The translations under genes were made by a program, and so were the position numbers. The notes under the pieces were generated by a model. It was not told where the DNA came from. It did no database searches and saw nothing but the letters and a program-made list of their open reading frames with translations. A stretch of 63,980 bases of DNA, counting the filler. It is 6 parts of 6 records of this genome, joined end to end, with 100 filler letters (N's around TTAATTAATTAA, not from the genome) between each part and the next. Parts side by side here need not be neighbours in the genome. Positions count along the whole stretch, not along the records: positions 19,561 to 41,386 come from SRR20825010_2395; 5 more parts are not named here. One strand, given 5' to 3'. Below, piece after piece: positions 22,065 through 33,148 of the stretch. Numbering within the stretch: the stretch's first letter is position 1; every line of letters begins with the position of its first letter.

Positions 22065-23042
22065 ATGGGGAAAAAACATATAGCCGTTGCCATGGGCGGA
22101 TATTCCAGCGAGTACAAAATTTCGTTGAACAGCGGCGAAATTGTTTGCAATGCACTCGACAAAAATAAATATGAAGTATATCCTATCCATATTTTGGAGG
22201 AAGGATGGCACTATGTTTCAAAAGAGGGAACAAAATACCCTATAAATAAAGCTGATTTCAGTTTTAAAAATGGCAGTGAAACCATCCATCCAGATGCAGT
22301 TTTCAATACCATTCATGGTACTCCTGGTGAAGACGGATACCTACAAGCCTATTGGGAATTACTGAAAATTCCGCATACTAGTACCGATTATTATCAAGCT
22401 GCACTTAGCTTTAACAAGCGCGATTGCCTTTCGGTTTTGAAAAACTTTGGCGTTCGGGCAGCTAATTCGTATTATGTAAATGAAGGCACAGAAATTAATA
22501 TTGAAGAAATAATTAAGAAAACCGGCTTGCCGTGTTTTGTAAAACCAAATCGTTCTGGCTCCAGTTTTGGGATAAGTAAAGTGAATGAAATGGATGAAAT
22601 AATGCCAGCCATTAAAAATGCATTTACTGAAGATTCTGAAATAATAATTGAAACCGCTTTGGTGGGCACAGAAGTTTCCGTTGGCGTGTATAATAATGGA
22701 GATGAAATTATTGCGCTGCCCGTAACTGAAATTGTTTCAGAAAATGAATTCTTTGATTATGAAGCGAAATACCTAGGGAAATCTGAAGAAATTACCCCAG
22801 CACGTATTTCAACAGAAGAAACTGAAATGGTGCAAAAAGAGGCTGTTAGAATCTATAAATTATTGAATATGAAAGGTATTTCTCGTAGTGAATTCATCAT
22901 TGAAAATGGAAAGCCTTATTTTCTTGAAATAAACACCAACCCAGGACTTTCAACTGAAAGTATCATCCCTAAACAAGCGCGTGAAGCTGGAATGACATTG
23001 ACACATTTTTTTGACATTCTACTACAAAATATTCTAAAATAG
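22065..23042 (+). CDS. ddl: D-alanine--D-alanine ligase
   Basis: 'GGYSSE', 'HGTPGEDG', 'KPNRSGSSFG', 'LEINTNPG'. Confidence 0.95.
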   Translation: MGKKHIAVAMGGYSSEYKISLNSGEIVCNALDKNKYEVYPIHILEEGWHYVSKEGTKYPINKADFSFKNGSETIHPDAVFNTIHGTPGEDGYLQAYWELLKIPHTSTDYYQAALSFNKRDCLSVLKNFGVRAANSYYVNEGTEINIEEIIKKTGLPCFVKPNRSGSSFGISKVNEMDEIMPAIKNAFTEDSEIIIETALVGTEVSVGVYNNGDEIIALPVTEIVSENEFFDYEAKYLGKSEEITPARISTEETEMVQKEAVRIYKLLNMKGISRSEFIIENGKPYFLEINTNPGLSTESIIPKQAREAGMTLTHFFDILLQNILK

Positions 23043-23082
23043 TTTTAAGCTTGAAAGGTTTTAAACTTTTAATTTTTAATAA

Positions 23083-24201
23083 ATGAAATATTACCTCATA
23101 GCAGGCGAAGCATCTGGAGATTTACACGGTGCTAATTTAATTAAAGCTTTAAAGAAGGAAGATGCCGAGGCAGATTTTCGTTTTTGGGGTGGCGATTTAA
23201 TGAAAGCTGCTGGCGGAACTGAAGTTAAACATTACCGCGATTTAGCTTTTATGGGTTTTGCCGAAGTAATAATGAACCTTGGCACCATTTTAAAGAATAT
23301 TAAATTCTGTAAAAAAGACATCGAAAACTACAATCCCGATGTAATTATCTTTATTGATTATCCAGGTTTCAACCTTCGTATTGCCAAATGGGCTCGACAA
23401 AAAGGCTATAAAACACATTATTATATTTCTCCACAAATCTGGGCTTGGAAAGAAGGACGCATCAAAGAAATAAAGCGAGATATAGATGAAATGTACGTAA
23501 TTCTACCTTTTGAAAAAGAGTTTTACGAAGCGAAACACGAGTTTCCTGTTCATTTTGTAGGTCACCCTTTAATTGATGCAATACATAACAGAACACAAGT
23601 AATTCCGAAGAAATTTAAAGAAGAAAATGGGTTAGACGAACGCCCAATTATTGCACTCCTTCCTGGAAGTAGAAAACAGGAAATAAAAAAAATGCTAGAG
23701 ATTATGATTTCTGTAGCAAAGGATTTTAAAGAATATCAGTTTGTTATTGCAGGCGCTCCTAGTCAGGAAAAATCATTTTACGAAACATTTCTTAGCACTA
23801 AAAATGTACATTTTGTAGCAAACAAAACCTATGATCTTTTAAGTATTTCAGAAGCAGCATTGGTAACTTCGGGTACAGCAACTTTAGAGACTGCATTGTT
23901 TAAAGTACCGCAAGTAGTTTGTTATAAAGGAAACCAGATTTCGTATGAAATTGCCAAACGTGTTATTAAACTGGAATATATTTCATTGGTAAACCTCATT
24001 TTAAATAAAACTGTGGTTACCGAGTTAATTCAATCAGACTTCAATAAAAAGAGGTTAAAAGAAGAACTTTCAGCTATTCTTGATTCCAAAAAACGTGAAA
24101 CAATGTTTGTGGAATACTTCAATCTTGAAAAAGCTCTTGGCGGCCGAGGAGCAAGTGAAAATACAGCCAAACTTATCCATTCTGCAATCAAGGTAAAATA
24201 G
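23083..24201 (+). CDS. lpxB: Lipid-A-disaccharide synthase
   Basis: 'AGEASGDLHG', 'IDYPGFN', 'LLPGSR', 'SGTATLE'. Confidence 0.96.
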   Translation: MKYYLIAGEASGDLHGANLIKALKKEDAEADFRFWGGDLMKAAGGTEVKHYRDLAFMGFAEVIMNLGTILKNIKFCKKDIENYNPDVIIFIDYPGFNLRIAKWARQKGYKTHYYISPQIWAWKEGRIKEIKRDIDEMYVILPFEKEFYEAKHEFPVHFVGHPLIDAIHNRTQVIPKKFKEENGLDERPIIALLPGSRKQEIKKMLEIMISVAKDFKEYQFVIAGAPSQEKSFYETFLSTKNVHFVANKTYDLLSISEAALVTSGTATLETALFKVPQVVCYKGNQISYEIAKRVIKLEYISLVNLILNKTVVTELIQSDFNKKRLKEELSAILDSKKRETMFVEYFNLEKALGGRGASENTAKLIHSAIKVK

Positions 24202-24245
24202 ATAAAGTTTTATATATTTAGGCAATTAACCGCTATTCCCTATTG

Positions 24246-24821
24246 ATGAGAAAACTACTTTTACTTTCCTTTTTTTCTATAGTTCTTATTTCTTGCGGAA
24301 GCACGAAAAACACAGGTAAAATACCTAAAGAAATTATTGGCAAAAACGAGTCAAACACAACACCAATTAAAACAGTAAGCCCTAATAAAAACAATAGCGT
24401 AACCAAGAAAGTAGAAAAAGAAAACGAAGAAAGTCCGAAGGAAGTAAAGCAAGAAATCATTGATTACGCCAAGACTTTTCAAGGCACACGTTATAAATAT
24501 GGAGGAACTACCGCCTCTGGAATGGATTGCTCTGGCTTGGTTTACACCGCATTTTTAAAAGAAAACATTGCTTTACCCCGCGTATCGCGCGATATGGCTA
24601 CAAAAGGAATTCTTATTTCCTTTAAAGATATTGAGAAAGGCGATTTAGTGTTTTTTAAAACCAGCAAAAAAAACACGATTACACATGTTGGTTTGGTTGT
24701 AGAAGCAAAACGAGGTGAAGTTAAGTTTATCCATTCTACCACGAGAGCTGGGGTTATTATTTCATCTCTTGATGAAGCCTATTGGAAAAAAGCGTTTGCA
24801 GAAGTGCGTCGAATAATATAA
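24246..24821 (+). CDS. NlpC/P60 (C40) peptidase lipoprotein
   Basis: Lipobox 'LISC', 'YKYGG...MDCSG', 'HVG', 'FIHS'. Confidence 0.92.
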   Translation: MRKLLLLSFFSIVLISCGSTKNTGKIPKEIIGKNESNTTPIKTVSPNKNNSVTKKVEKENEESPKEVKQEIIDYAKTFQGTRYKYGGTTASGMDCSGLVYTAFLKENIALPRVSRDMATKGILISFKDIEKGDLVFFKTSKKNTITHVGLVVEAKRGEVKFIHSTTRAGVIISSLDEAYWKKAFAEVRRII

Positions 24822-24926
24822 CCACTTAATTAATAGTTGATTAAAGTTGTTTTCTTGAGTAAAATTCGTTACTTTTAAGAACCTCCTCCCCAAAAAATTT
24901 TAAGTATCAACTTAAATTATTTGGGT

Positions 24927-26948
24927 ATGAAATTCATAAACTTTATAATAGTAAAGTTTTCTGTATTCATGGTGCTGGGGATTCTCTTCGCGCACTTCTT
25001 CCCTATTTCTGCCTTATTACTTAATTTTCTTTTAGTACTGTTCCTTATTGTTTTTGCCTTGTGGTTTTGGGCGAAAAAGCAATTTATCCAAACCATTTAC
25101 TTCGGAATTTCTTGCTATCTCTGTTTTTTCACTATTGGATATTTTAGTTATCAACTACGTTTACCACAATTTCAGCCCACACATTATTCGCTTAAAACAA
25201 CTACAAACCCTGAATTAATTCAACTTAAAATTAGTCAGCCATTAAAGCCAGACAAGTTCAACCATAAATACATTGCCAATGTGAATGCTATAAACGGTAT
25301 TTCTTCGAGAGGGAAAATACTGTTGAATATTTCTAAGGATTCATTGATGAATTCCTTTTCTGCAGATGAAGTTTTATTGGTGAATGCAAGTATTTCTGAA
25401 ATTCCAAAACCGCTAAATCCCCACCAATTTGATTATTCAGAATATATGAAATCACTGGGAGTGTATGGTCAATTACGTATTTCGGAAAAAGTTATTATAA
25501 AAACCCGAAAAGGAAATAAAACCCTCCTTGGGATTGCACAAAATTTTAGAGCAAGCATTGTTGAAAAACTTCAAAAAACAAAATTAAAAACTGATGAGCG
25601 TGCCATTGTTCAAGCACTCATTTTAGGAGAAAAAAAAGATATTGATAAAACGCTTTACACAGCATACGCAGCTGCGGGAGCAGTACATATTTTAGCTGTT
25701 TCTGGACTTCATGTAGGTATTTTATATCTTATTCTTGCTTTTATATTCAAACCCTTAGCACGGATAAAACAGGGTGTGATAGTAAGTTCAATTATAATTA
25801 TCATTCTTTTATGGGGTTTTGCAATGCTATCTGGTTTATCGCCATCTGTAACTCGTGCAGTAACAATGTTTAGCTTTTTTGCAGCAGCAAAACTTTTTAA
25901 TAGAGATACAAATGCTATAAACACACTCTTTCTTTCCTTTTTAACACTATTAATTATCAACCCTTTATGGCTTTTTCAAATCGGGTTTCAGCTGAGTTAT
26001 TTGGCGGTGTTTTTTATAGTATGGTTGCAGCCTATTTTTTACAAAATTGGGTATTCAAAACATTGGTTAATTCGTAAAGTATGGTCAATTGTAACGGTTA
26101 CGCTTTGTGCGCAAATTGGCGTTTTACCTTTAAGCTTGTATTATTTTCATCAATTTCCCGGCTTATTTTTAATTACCAATATTGTGGTGCTCCCCTTTTT
26201 AACAATCTTAATGTGTGGTGGGTTATTAATTGTTTTTTTAGCGACAATAAACGCCTTACCAGATTGGATTGCAGAAAGCTATAATTTTTTAATTGAAGGG
26301 CTCAATGGTTTTATTCATTGGGTGGCAATGCAGGAGGATTTTTTATTTAAAGACATTCATTTTTCTGCTTTAAAAGTATTGGGAAGTTATCTATTGATTA
26401 TTGTAGTTGCATTGTTATTCCAGAAAATGAATTATAGAAGAATAATGACTTCTTTACTTGCTTTTTCAATATTGCTATTGATTTATTGCTATGATGCATA
26501 TAAGGTTTCTTCAAACCAATTTATCGTTTTTCAGAAGAGCAAACAGACCCTTATCGGTTATAAAAACGGAACCGATTTTATTGTATTCAGCAATGATACA
26601 ACAAAGAATTATTTGGAAAACTACCCTATTAAGTCCTTTAAAACAGCAGTCAACATTAAAAATTATTCTAAAGAAAAGATTCCTGGAATATTTGAATATA
26701 AACTTAAAAATGTATTGGTATTAGATAGTTTAGGAGTATTTCCGAAGCACAAAAACATACACACTTTAATCCTTACAAATAGTCCAAAAATGAATTTAAA
26801 CCGATTGATTGATAGTTTGAAGCCAAAACAAATTCTTGCGGATGGAAGTAATTATTTTAGTTATGTAGCACGTTGGGAAAAAACCTGTAAAATAAAAAAG
26901 CTCCCGTTTAGTCATACTGCTAAACAAGGAGCTTTCTCATTAGAATAG
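24927..26948 (+). CDS. comEC: ComEC/Rec2 family competence protein
   Basis: 'HILAVSGLHVG', 'SVTRA', 'GFQLSY'. Confidence 0.92.
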   Translation: MKFINFIIVKFSVFMVLGILFAHFFPISALLLNFLLVLFLIVFALWFWAKKQFIQTIYFGISCYLCFFTIGYFSYQLRLPQFQPTHYSLKTTTNPELIQLKISQPLKPDKFNHKYIANVNAINGISSRGKILLNISKDSLMNSFSADEVLLVNASISEIPKPLNPHQFDYSEYMKSLGVYGQLRISEKVIIKTRKGNKTLLGIAQNFRASIVEKLQKTKLKTDERAIVQALILGEKKDIDKTLYTAYAAAGAVHILAVSGLHVGILYLILAFIFKPLARIKQGVIVSSIIIIILLWGFAMLSGLSPSVTRAVTMFSFFAAAKLFNRDTNAINTLFLSFLTLLIINPLWLFQIGFQLSYLAVFFIVWLQPIFYKIGYSKHWLIRKVWSIVTVTLCAQIGVLPLSLYYFHQFPGLFLITNIVVLPFLTILMCGGLLIVFLATINALPDWIAESYNFLIEGLNGFIHWVAMQEDFLFKDIHFSALKVLGSYLLIIVVALLFQKMNYRRIMTSLLAFSILLLIYCYDAYKVSSNQFIVFQKSKQTLIGYKNGTDFIVFSNDTTKNYLENYPIKSFKTAVNIKNYSKEKIPGIFEYKLKNVLVLDSLGVFPKHKNIHTLILTNSPKMNLNRLIDSLKPKQILADGSNYFSYVARWEKTCKIKKLPFSHTAKQGAFSLE

Positions 26949-26975
26949 CTCGAATATGAAACCGAAAATGCTACT

Positions 26976-27509
26976 CTAAAATGTAGGTTTAAATTTTTTC
27001 TGATAATCTTCCCATGCTGCAGTTGTTGTTATCTTTAAATAATCGTCACTATGTATCATTTTAAGGAAAATTTCAAGTTGTGGAGGTGTTCTATAACCTG
27101 GAACGGATTGAATAAGGTCTCCATTTTCTTTAAAAAATACAATACTTGGATATGCATTTACTTTTAATGCGTGCGCAAAAAGATGTTGCGAATTTCTTCC
27201 CTTTCTATTTGGATCATAATTAGGGTTTGTATAAACAAAATCCTGATAATTAACTTCTTCAGTACCTTCAGCATTGAACTTTACAGCATAATAATTTTCG
27301 TTTACATACTCAATAACCTCTTTGTCGCTAAATGTGTTTTTATCTAACATTTTGCATGGCCCACACCAAGTAGTATAAACATCCATAAAAATTTTCTTGG
27401 GCTCTTTTTTTTGTGCTTCTAAAGCTTCATTCATCGTCATCCAATTAATTTTTTGGGCGTTGATGGTGCCTGCAGACAAAATAAGGAATAGTAGTAAAAA
27501 ATATTTCAT
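26976..27509 (-). CDS. Exported thioredoxin-family protein
   Basis: Signal peptide and WCGPC motif. Confidence 0.9.
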   Translation of the reverse strand: MKYFLLLFLILSAGTINAQKINWMTMNEALEAQKKEPKKIFMDVYTTWCGPCKMLDKNTFSDKEVIEYVNENYYAVKFNAEGTEEVNYQDFVYTNPNYDPNRKGRNSQHLFAHALKVNAYPSIVFFKENGDLIQSVPGYRTPPQLEIFLKMIHSDDYLKITTTAAWEDYQKKFKPTF

Positions 27510-27595
27510 TGTATAAGCTATTTAAGATTCCGGGTTTTTAAAACAAAAAGCGTTCCATAAAAAAGGAACGCTCATTGTGTAAAAAGTATTGTGTA

Positions 27596-29386
27596 TTAAC
27601 GAATTCCGTGCATTAATTTTTTTAGAACAGGGTTAAGGATCATTGCAAGTACACCAGCGCCAATTGGAATTAATGTAAATATCAAAAAGAAAATTCCAAG
27701 GGAATATTCTGCCGAAATTTTATCAATCATTCCTCCCATTGTATTTGCAGCTTTTTGCCCAACAGCAATAGCAAGGTACCAAACACCAAACATAAAGCCG
27801 ATCATTCGTGCTGGCACTAATTTACTTAAATATGAAAGACCAACAGGAGAAATGCATAGTTCGCCCATGGTATGAAATAAATAAGCCACTATTAAGAAAA
27901 TCATACTCACTTTAGCAGTCATTGCGCCTTGAGGGATATCATAAGCTCCATAAGAAAGTACTGCAAAACCAAGTCCTAGAAGTATTAAACCTATACCATA
28001 CTTCATACCCGCACTTGGATTGTATTTACTTTCCCACCATTTGGAGAAAAGCGGCGCCAAAGTAATTATAAAGAATGAGTTTAATATTCCGAACCAAGTA
28101 GCATCTACTTCGTTACCTTCTTGTGAGAATTTATCGTACAATCTATAAATAACAAGCGCCCATACACCTATGAAAGCAATAGCTAGTATGATGTTTGAAA
28201 ATCCAATTCTATTAAAAGTTTTCTTGAAGAGTAAAAAGATTACCCAAGTAATTATTACAAGAGGTACTGTTGTTAGTAATGCATCAACAATTTTAAAAAT
28301 CATTGCAGAATCTCCAACTAAAGTTCTGTCAGTATAATCTCTTGCAAAAATTGTCATTGAACCAAGCGATTGTTCAAAGAACGAAAAGAAAAATACTGTA
28401 AAAAGGCCAAATATGGAAACAGCAATAATTCGATCGCGCACTATTGGCAAATATCTTGTAATACGTACAATTAATAGAATTAAAAACAAGACCAAAGCAG
28501 TTAAAACTACTATGTTCGTTCCACTAAGACCAAACATTTCAAAAGGAACTAAAGAGGTTCCTCCTATTTTCTCCAAGGGATCATTAAAAAGATATAGCAA
28601 ACCTCCAACAGATGAAAGAACTACTAACACTTTATCGAACATTGTAAATGGATTCAATTTGATTGGTACTACTTCTGCCTTTTCATCTCGCAACTCAGGG
28701 CTTTCCTCGTTTATATTCTGTGGAATTTCAACTTCGTGAACTTTTGAAGGTTTTCCTCCAATATCTCCAAAGAGTTTTTTAGCTAAAAGGAACTGTAACA
28801 TTCCGAAGAACATAAAAATCCCTGCTAGACCAAAGCCCCAAGACCATCCATAGTTTTCAGCTAAATACCCGCAAAGCATCATTCCAAAAAATGCTCCAGC
28901 ATTTACCCCCATATAGAAAATGGTATATGCACCGTCTTTTTTAGATTCTTTGCCTTTATACATTTCAGAAATGATAGAAGTAATATTCGGCTTAAAAAAA
29001 CCTGTTCCTATCACCAATAAAGCCAACCCTATGTAAAATGAAGTTGTTGTTTCTAATGCCATAGAAGCGTGACCAAGTGTCATAATTACACATCCTAAAA
29101 CTACTGCCATTCTATATCCAGTAATTTTATCTGCAATCCATCCTCCAATAATTGGGGTTAGGTAAAGCAACGATGCATAGGTTCCAATTAAGGCTAATGC
29201 ATGTTCTCTAGGCCATTCCCATCCTGGGTTATCACTTAGTAATGGTGCTGTTAAAAAAAGCACTAAAAGAATTCGCATTCCATAGAAGGAAAAACGTTCC
29301 CACATTTCGGTAAAGAAAAGGATAAAAAGTCCCGCAGGGTGTCCTAAAACTTTGTCTTTAAATAGATTTTCTATATCGGTATTCAT
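27596..29386 (-). CDS. Proton-dependent oligopeptide transporter (POT/PTR MFS)
   Basis: 'FFTEMWERFSFYGMR', 'FFKPNI', 'GELCISPVG'. Confidence 0.93.
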   Translation of the reverse strand: MNTDIENLFKDKVLGHPAGLFILFFTEMWERFSFYGMRILLVLFLTAPLLSDNPGWEWPREHALALIGTYASLLYLTPIIGGWIADKITGYRMAVVLGCVIMTLGHASMALETTTSFYIGLALLVIGTGFFKPNITSIISEMYKGKESKKDGAYTIFYMGVNAGAFFGMMLCGYLAENYGWSWGFGLAGIFMFFGMLQFLLAKKLFGDIGGKPSKVHEVEIPQNINEESPELRDEKAEVVPIKLNPFTMFDKVLVVLSSVGGLLYLFNDPLEKIGGTSLVPFEMFGLSGTNIVVLTALVLFLILLIVRITRYLPIVRDRIIAVSIFGLFTVFFFSFFEQSLGSMTIFARDYTDRTLVGDSAMIFKIVDALLTTVPLVIITWVIFLLFKKTFNRIGFSNIILAIAFIGVWALVIYRLYDKFSQEGNEVDATWFGILNSFFIITLAPLFSKWWESKYNPSAGMKYGIGLILLGLGFAVLSYGAYDIPQGAMTAKVSMIFLIVAYLFHTMGELCISPVGLSYLSKLVPARMIGFMFGVWYLAIAVGQKAANTMGGMIDKISAEYSLGIFFLIFTLIPIGAGVLAMILNPVLKKLMHGIR

Positions 29387-29418
29387 AGGCTTATGCTTTG
29401 ATTAAACGTTTAAATAAA

Positions 29419-30825
29419 TTAATTGGCTTTATTAAAATCTGGATCTGCCAATTCGTATGGTTCATTGTCATCCTTTATTTTACGTTCGTTATCTTCAGCA
29501 CCGTGAGTAAGATTTTCCAGTTTCTTTCTTATTAATAGAACTAGTAATCCAAAAACCACACAGAAAACTGCAATACCAGTAAATACAGTATATTCACCTA
29601 AATCTGATGCAGATTCTCCTAAAAGTCCTGCCAGTTTATTTCCAAATCCGGTCATTGCAAAATAAACACCCATCATAAGTGAAGCATATTTTAATGGAGC
29701 TAATTTCGTTATATAAGAAAGTGCAACTGGTGACAAACATAATTCCCCAACTGTGTGGAATAAGTATGCCAATACTAACCAGTACATAGCTGAAGCACCA
29801 TCACTACTAAATTCAGCAGCAGCAGCAGTCATAAAAAAGAAGCCCATCCCCATAATTATCAAACCAAGACACATTTTAAAAAGTGAAGTAGAAACTTTCC
29901 CTTTTAACTTTCTTTTGGCCCAAAAAGCAGCAACCGCTGTTCCAAGTATAATTATAAACATTGCATTTAATGACTGAAACCAAGAGGCAGGGACTTCCCA
30001 GCCCATTAGCATCCTATCGGTTTTTTCTGATGCATAAATATTCATTAAACCTCCAGCTTGTTCAAATGCTCCCCAGAATACAATTACCAAAATAAAAGAT
30101 ATGAAAAGTACTACTACTCTATCTTTTTCAATTTTGGTTAATGGTCTTTTCATTGCAGCTTTCTCTTCTGGATCCATAGAATTGTTAGTATTATTACCAA
30201 CATACTTTAAGTGTTTTTGACCCAGCAAATATTGAAGTAATCCTAAAAGCATACCTATTGCAGCTAGGCCAAACCCATAATGCCATCCATATACTTCACC
30301 AACATAACCAACAATTAAACTAGAAAGGAAAGCACCTATATTTATTCCTATATAAAAAATAGTAAACCCTTTATCTCTTCTAATGTCTCCAGCTTTATAA
30401 AGGCCACCTACCATTGTAGAAATATTTGGTTTCAACATCCCTACACCAGCTATAATTAATCCCAAACCGGTATAAAAAGCCCACATTTCCTCTATTGATA
30501 GAATACCATGACCTGCTACTAGTAAAATTCCTCCTACAAGTACAGATTGTTTTTGCCCTAAAAACTTATCAGCTATCCAACCTCCTGGAATTGATGCTAC
30601 ATATACTAACATTGTATAAGTACCATATAGCGATAAAGCTTCTGCATTAGTCCACCCTAAACCAGGGTTTCCACTAGTTGCTTCTGCTACTAAATATAGC
30701 ACCAAAATGGCACGCATTCCATAATAAGAAAAACGTTCCCACATTTCGGTAAAAAACAGTATATACAGACCAACTGGGTGGCCGAATAATTCTTTTTGCT
30801 TTTGATATTGAATTGCGTCTGACAT
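29419..30825 (-). CDS. Proton-dependent oligopeptide transporter (POT/PTR MFS)
   Basis: 'EMWERFSYYGMR', 'LKPNISTMVG', 'GELCLSP'. Confidence 0.93.
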   Translation of the reverse strand: MSDAIQYQKQKELFGHPVGLYILFFTEMWERFSYYGMRAILVLYLVAEATSGNPGLGWTNAEALSLYGTYTMLVYVASIPGGWIADKFLGQKQSVLVGGILLVAGHGILSIEEMWAFYTGLGLIIAGVGMLKPNISTMVGGLYKAGDIRRDKGFTIFYIGINIGAFLSSLIVGYVGEVYGWHYGFGLAAIGMLLGLLQYLLGQKHLKYVGNNTNNSMDPEEKAAMKRPLTKIEKDRVVVLFISFILVIVFWGAFEQAGGLMNIYASEKTDRMLMGWEVPASWFQSLNAMFIIILGTAVAAFWAKRKLKGKVSTSLFKMCLGLIIMGMGFFFMTAAAAEFSSDGASAMYWLVLAYLFHTVGELCLSPVALSYITKLAPLKYASLMMGVYFAMTGFGNKLAGLLGESASDLGEYTVFTGIAVFCVVFGLLVLLIRKKLENLTHGAEDNERKIKDDNEPYELADPDFNKAN

Positions 30826-30853
30826 ATAATTTTAGATTAGTTAGTTTTAATTT

Positions 30854-33031
30854 TTATAAATTTTTCTTGATAAAATCGGTCATTAAAGTATATAAGTGTA
30901 AACGAGTATTGCCGCCATAAATACCATGATTTTTATCAGGGTAAATACGCCAATCAAATGGTTTGTTAGCTTGCACCAACGCTTCAATTAATCGCATACT
31001 ATTTTGAACATGAACATTGTCGTCTGCTGTTCCGTGAACCAATAAATATTTTCCTTTTAGTTTATCTACGTGTGAAAGTGGCGAATTTTCGTCATACCCA
31101 GAAGCATTTTCTTGTGGAGTCTGCATATAGCGCTCGGTATAAATGCTATCATAAAACCTCCAGCTGGTTACAGGCGCAACGGCTATAGCCATTTCAAAAG
31201 TATCAGCTCCTTGAAACAAACAATTTGAAGACATAAAACCACCATAACTCCAGCCCCAAATTCCAGTGCGAGAGGCATCTATATAAGGCAAATCACTTAA
31301 TTTTTTAGCGGCTGCTATTTGGTCTTCAACTTCATATTTACCCAATTCTTTTTGAGTCATTTTCTTGAACTTTCTTCCTTTATAACCCGTTCCTCGGCCA
31401 TCTACACAAACAACAATATATCCATCCTGTGCAAGCATTTGGTGCCAATAATCATTACTTCCCATCCAACGGTTTGCTACCTGCTGAGAGCCTGGACCTG
31501 AGTATTGAAACATAAAAAGCGGATATTGCTTTGTTTCATCAAAATCTAAGGGCTTAATCATATACATATTCAAATCTTCGCCATTGATGTTTATTGTTGA
31601 AAACTCTTTTGGTGAAATTTTATAGGAAGCCAATCGATTTTTTAAATCGTTGTTATTTTTTATTTCACGAAGTACTTTTCCTGTTTTAGCTTCATTAAGT
31701 GTAAAAACATAGGGAGTAGTTGCATCTGAAAAGGAACCAATAAAATACGTGTAATCTGCACTGAAATCAGCATCGTTTGTTCCTGTTTGTTGCGTTAAAC
31801 GCACTTTATTTTTTCCTGAAGGCAGAATAGAATAAACATCGCGATTTATACTTTCGCTTTCTGCGCTTTGGTAATATACTCTTCCTGTATTTTGATCAAA
31901 ACCATAATATTCAGTCACTTCCCAAGAACCATTTGTAACTTGGTTTAACAATTTTCCATCCTTATCGTATTGATAAATATGATTCCAACCATCTTTTTCA
32001 CTGGTCCAAAAGAAACTGTTATTATTTAAAAAAGTAAGATTGTCTGTGATGTCTACATAGGCTTCATCTTTCTCTTGTAAAATCAATTTTGAAGTATTAT
32101 TAGTAGCATCAACAAAAATTAAATCAAGCACATTTTGATGACGGTTGGTCAATTGTACGCTTAAATAATTGTTGTCTTTAGTCCAAAGCAATCGCGGAAT
32201 GTAGTAACTGTTGTAATCTGAAATATTTACTTCTGAAGTATTTCCACTAGAAAGATCATAAAGATGCAATGAAACTTTAGAGTTATTTTCACCTGCTTTT
32301 GGATATTTAAAGGTATCTGCTGTAGGGTACAACTCATTACCGTAAACATCCATATTAAATTGTGGCACTTCAGTTTCGTCAAATTTGATGTAAGCAAGTT
32401 TATCGCCATTTGTGCTCCATTCAAAAGCACGTACAAAGGCAAATTCTTCTTCATAAACCCAATCTGTAATACCGTTTATGGTACTATTCTTTTTTCCGTC
32501 TGAAGTAATTTGTTTGGTATTTCCCGAATTTAAATCTTTAATATAAAGATTGTTTTCAAAGCCATATGCGATCTTAGAACCATCATTACTAAAAGTGGGC
32601 TCTTGAATTTTATTAGTAGAAACAAGGCTGAAATCTTTTGTTTTTACATCGTACACATAATATGTTCCGAGAGTAGAATGACGGTAAACTTGTTGTAATT
32701 CTGTTGAAAATAGAATTTTTGATTCGTCTTTATTAAACTCATAAGAGATTACATAGTTAATTCCTTTTAAATCGTTTGAGTTTAAGAGCGTTCGTGCTTT
32801 CTTCCCACTTTTATAATCGTACACATCTACGGTTGAGACTTTGTTTTGCCTATCAAAATTAAGCACGGCATATTCTTTACCGTTCTTTAATGAGCGAAGT
32901 ACATCTAGATGTTGTGTTCTAAATTCGCCACCCCAAATTTCTTCAAGAGTAGCGTTCTTTTGCTGTGCAGTAAATGGGGAAAACGCTGTTAAAAACAGCA
33001 ATAAAAAAGTTAGGGAGAGTATTTTCTTCAA
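30854..33031 (-). CDS. Dipeptidyl-peptidase IV (S9B)
   Basis: 'DWVYEEE', 'GWSYGG', 'HGTADDNVH', 'NHGI'. Confidence 0.95.
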   Translation of the reverse strand: MKKILSLTFLLLFLTAFSPFTAQQKNATLEEIWGGEFRTQHLDVLRSLKNGKEYAVLNFDRQNKVSTVDVYDYKSGKKARTLLNSNDLKGINYVISYEFNKDESKILFSTELQQVYRHSTLGTYYVYDVKTKDFSLVSTNKIQEPTFSNDGSKIAYGFENNLYIKDLNSGNTKQITSDGKKNSTINGITDWVYEEEFAFVRAFEWSTNGDKLAYIKFDETEVPQFNMDVYGNELYPTADTFKYPKAGENNSKVSLHLYDLSSGNTSEVNISDYNSYYIPRLLWTKDNNYLSVQLTNRHQNVLDLIFVDATNNTSKLILQEKDEAYVDITDNLTFLNNNSFFWTSEKDGWNHIYQYDKDGKLLNQVTNGSWEVTEYYGFDQNTGRVYYQSAESESINRDVYSILPSGKNKVRLTQQTGTNDADFSADYTYFIGSFSDATTPYVFTLNEAKTGKVLREIKNNNDLKNRLASYKISPKEFSTININGEDLNMYMIKPLDFDETKQYPLFMFQYSGPGSQQVANRWMGSNDYWHQMLAQDGYIVVCVDGRGTGYKGRKFKKMTQKELGKYEVEDQIAAAKKLSDLPYIDASRTGIWGWSYGGFMSSNCLFQGADTFEMAIAVAPVTSWRFYDSIYTERYMQTPQENASGYDENSPLSHVDKLKGKYLLVHGTADDNVHVQNSMRLIEALVQANKPFDWRIYPDKNHGIYGGNTRLHLYTLMTDFIKKNL

Positions 33032-33148
33032 AGTGTTAAAATTTTAATATGCCAAGTTTACTAAAATTTTGTGAAATAGGGGTTGATTTTTCTGTTAAAT
33101 AACCCTTGAAGACGTTATTTAGCGCGAATTACAAATAGTTACAAGTAC

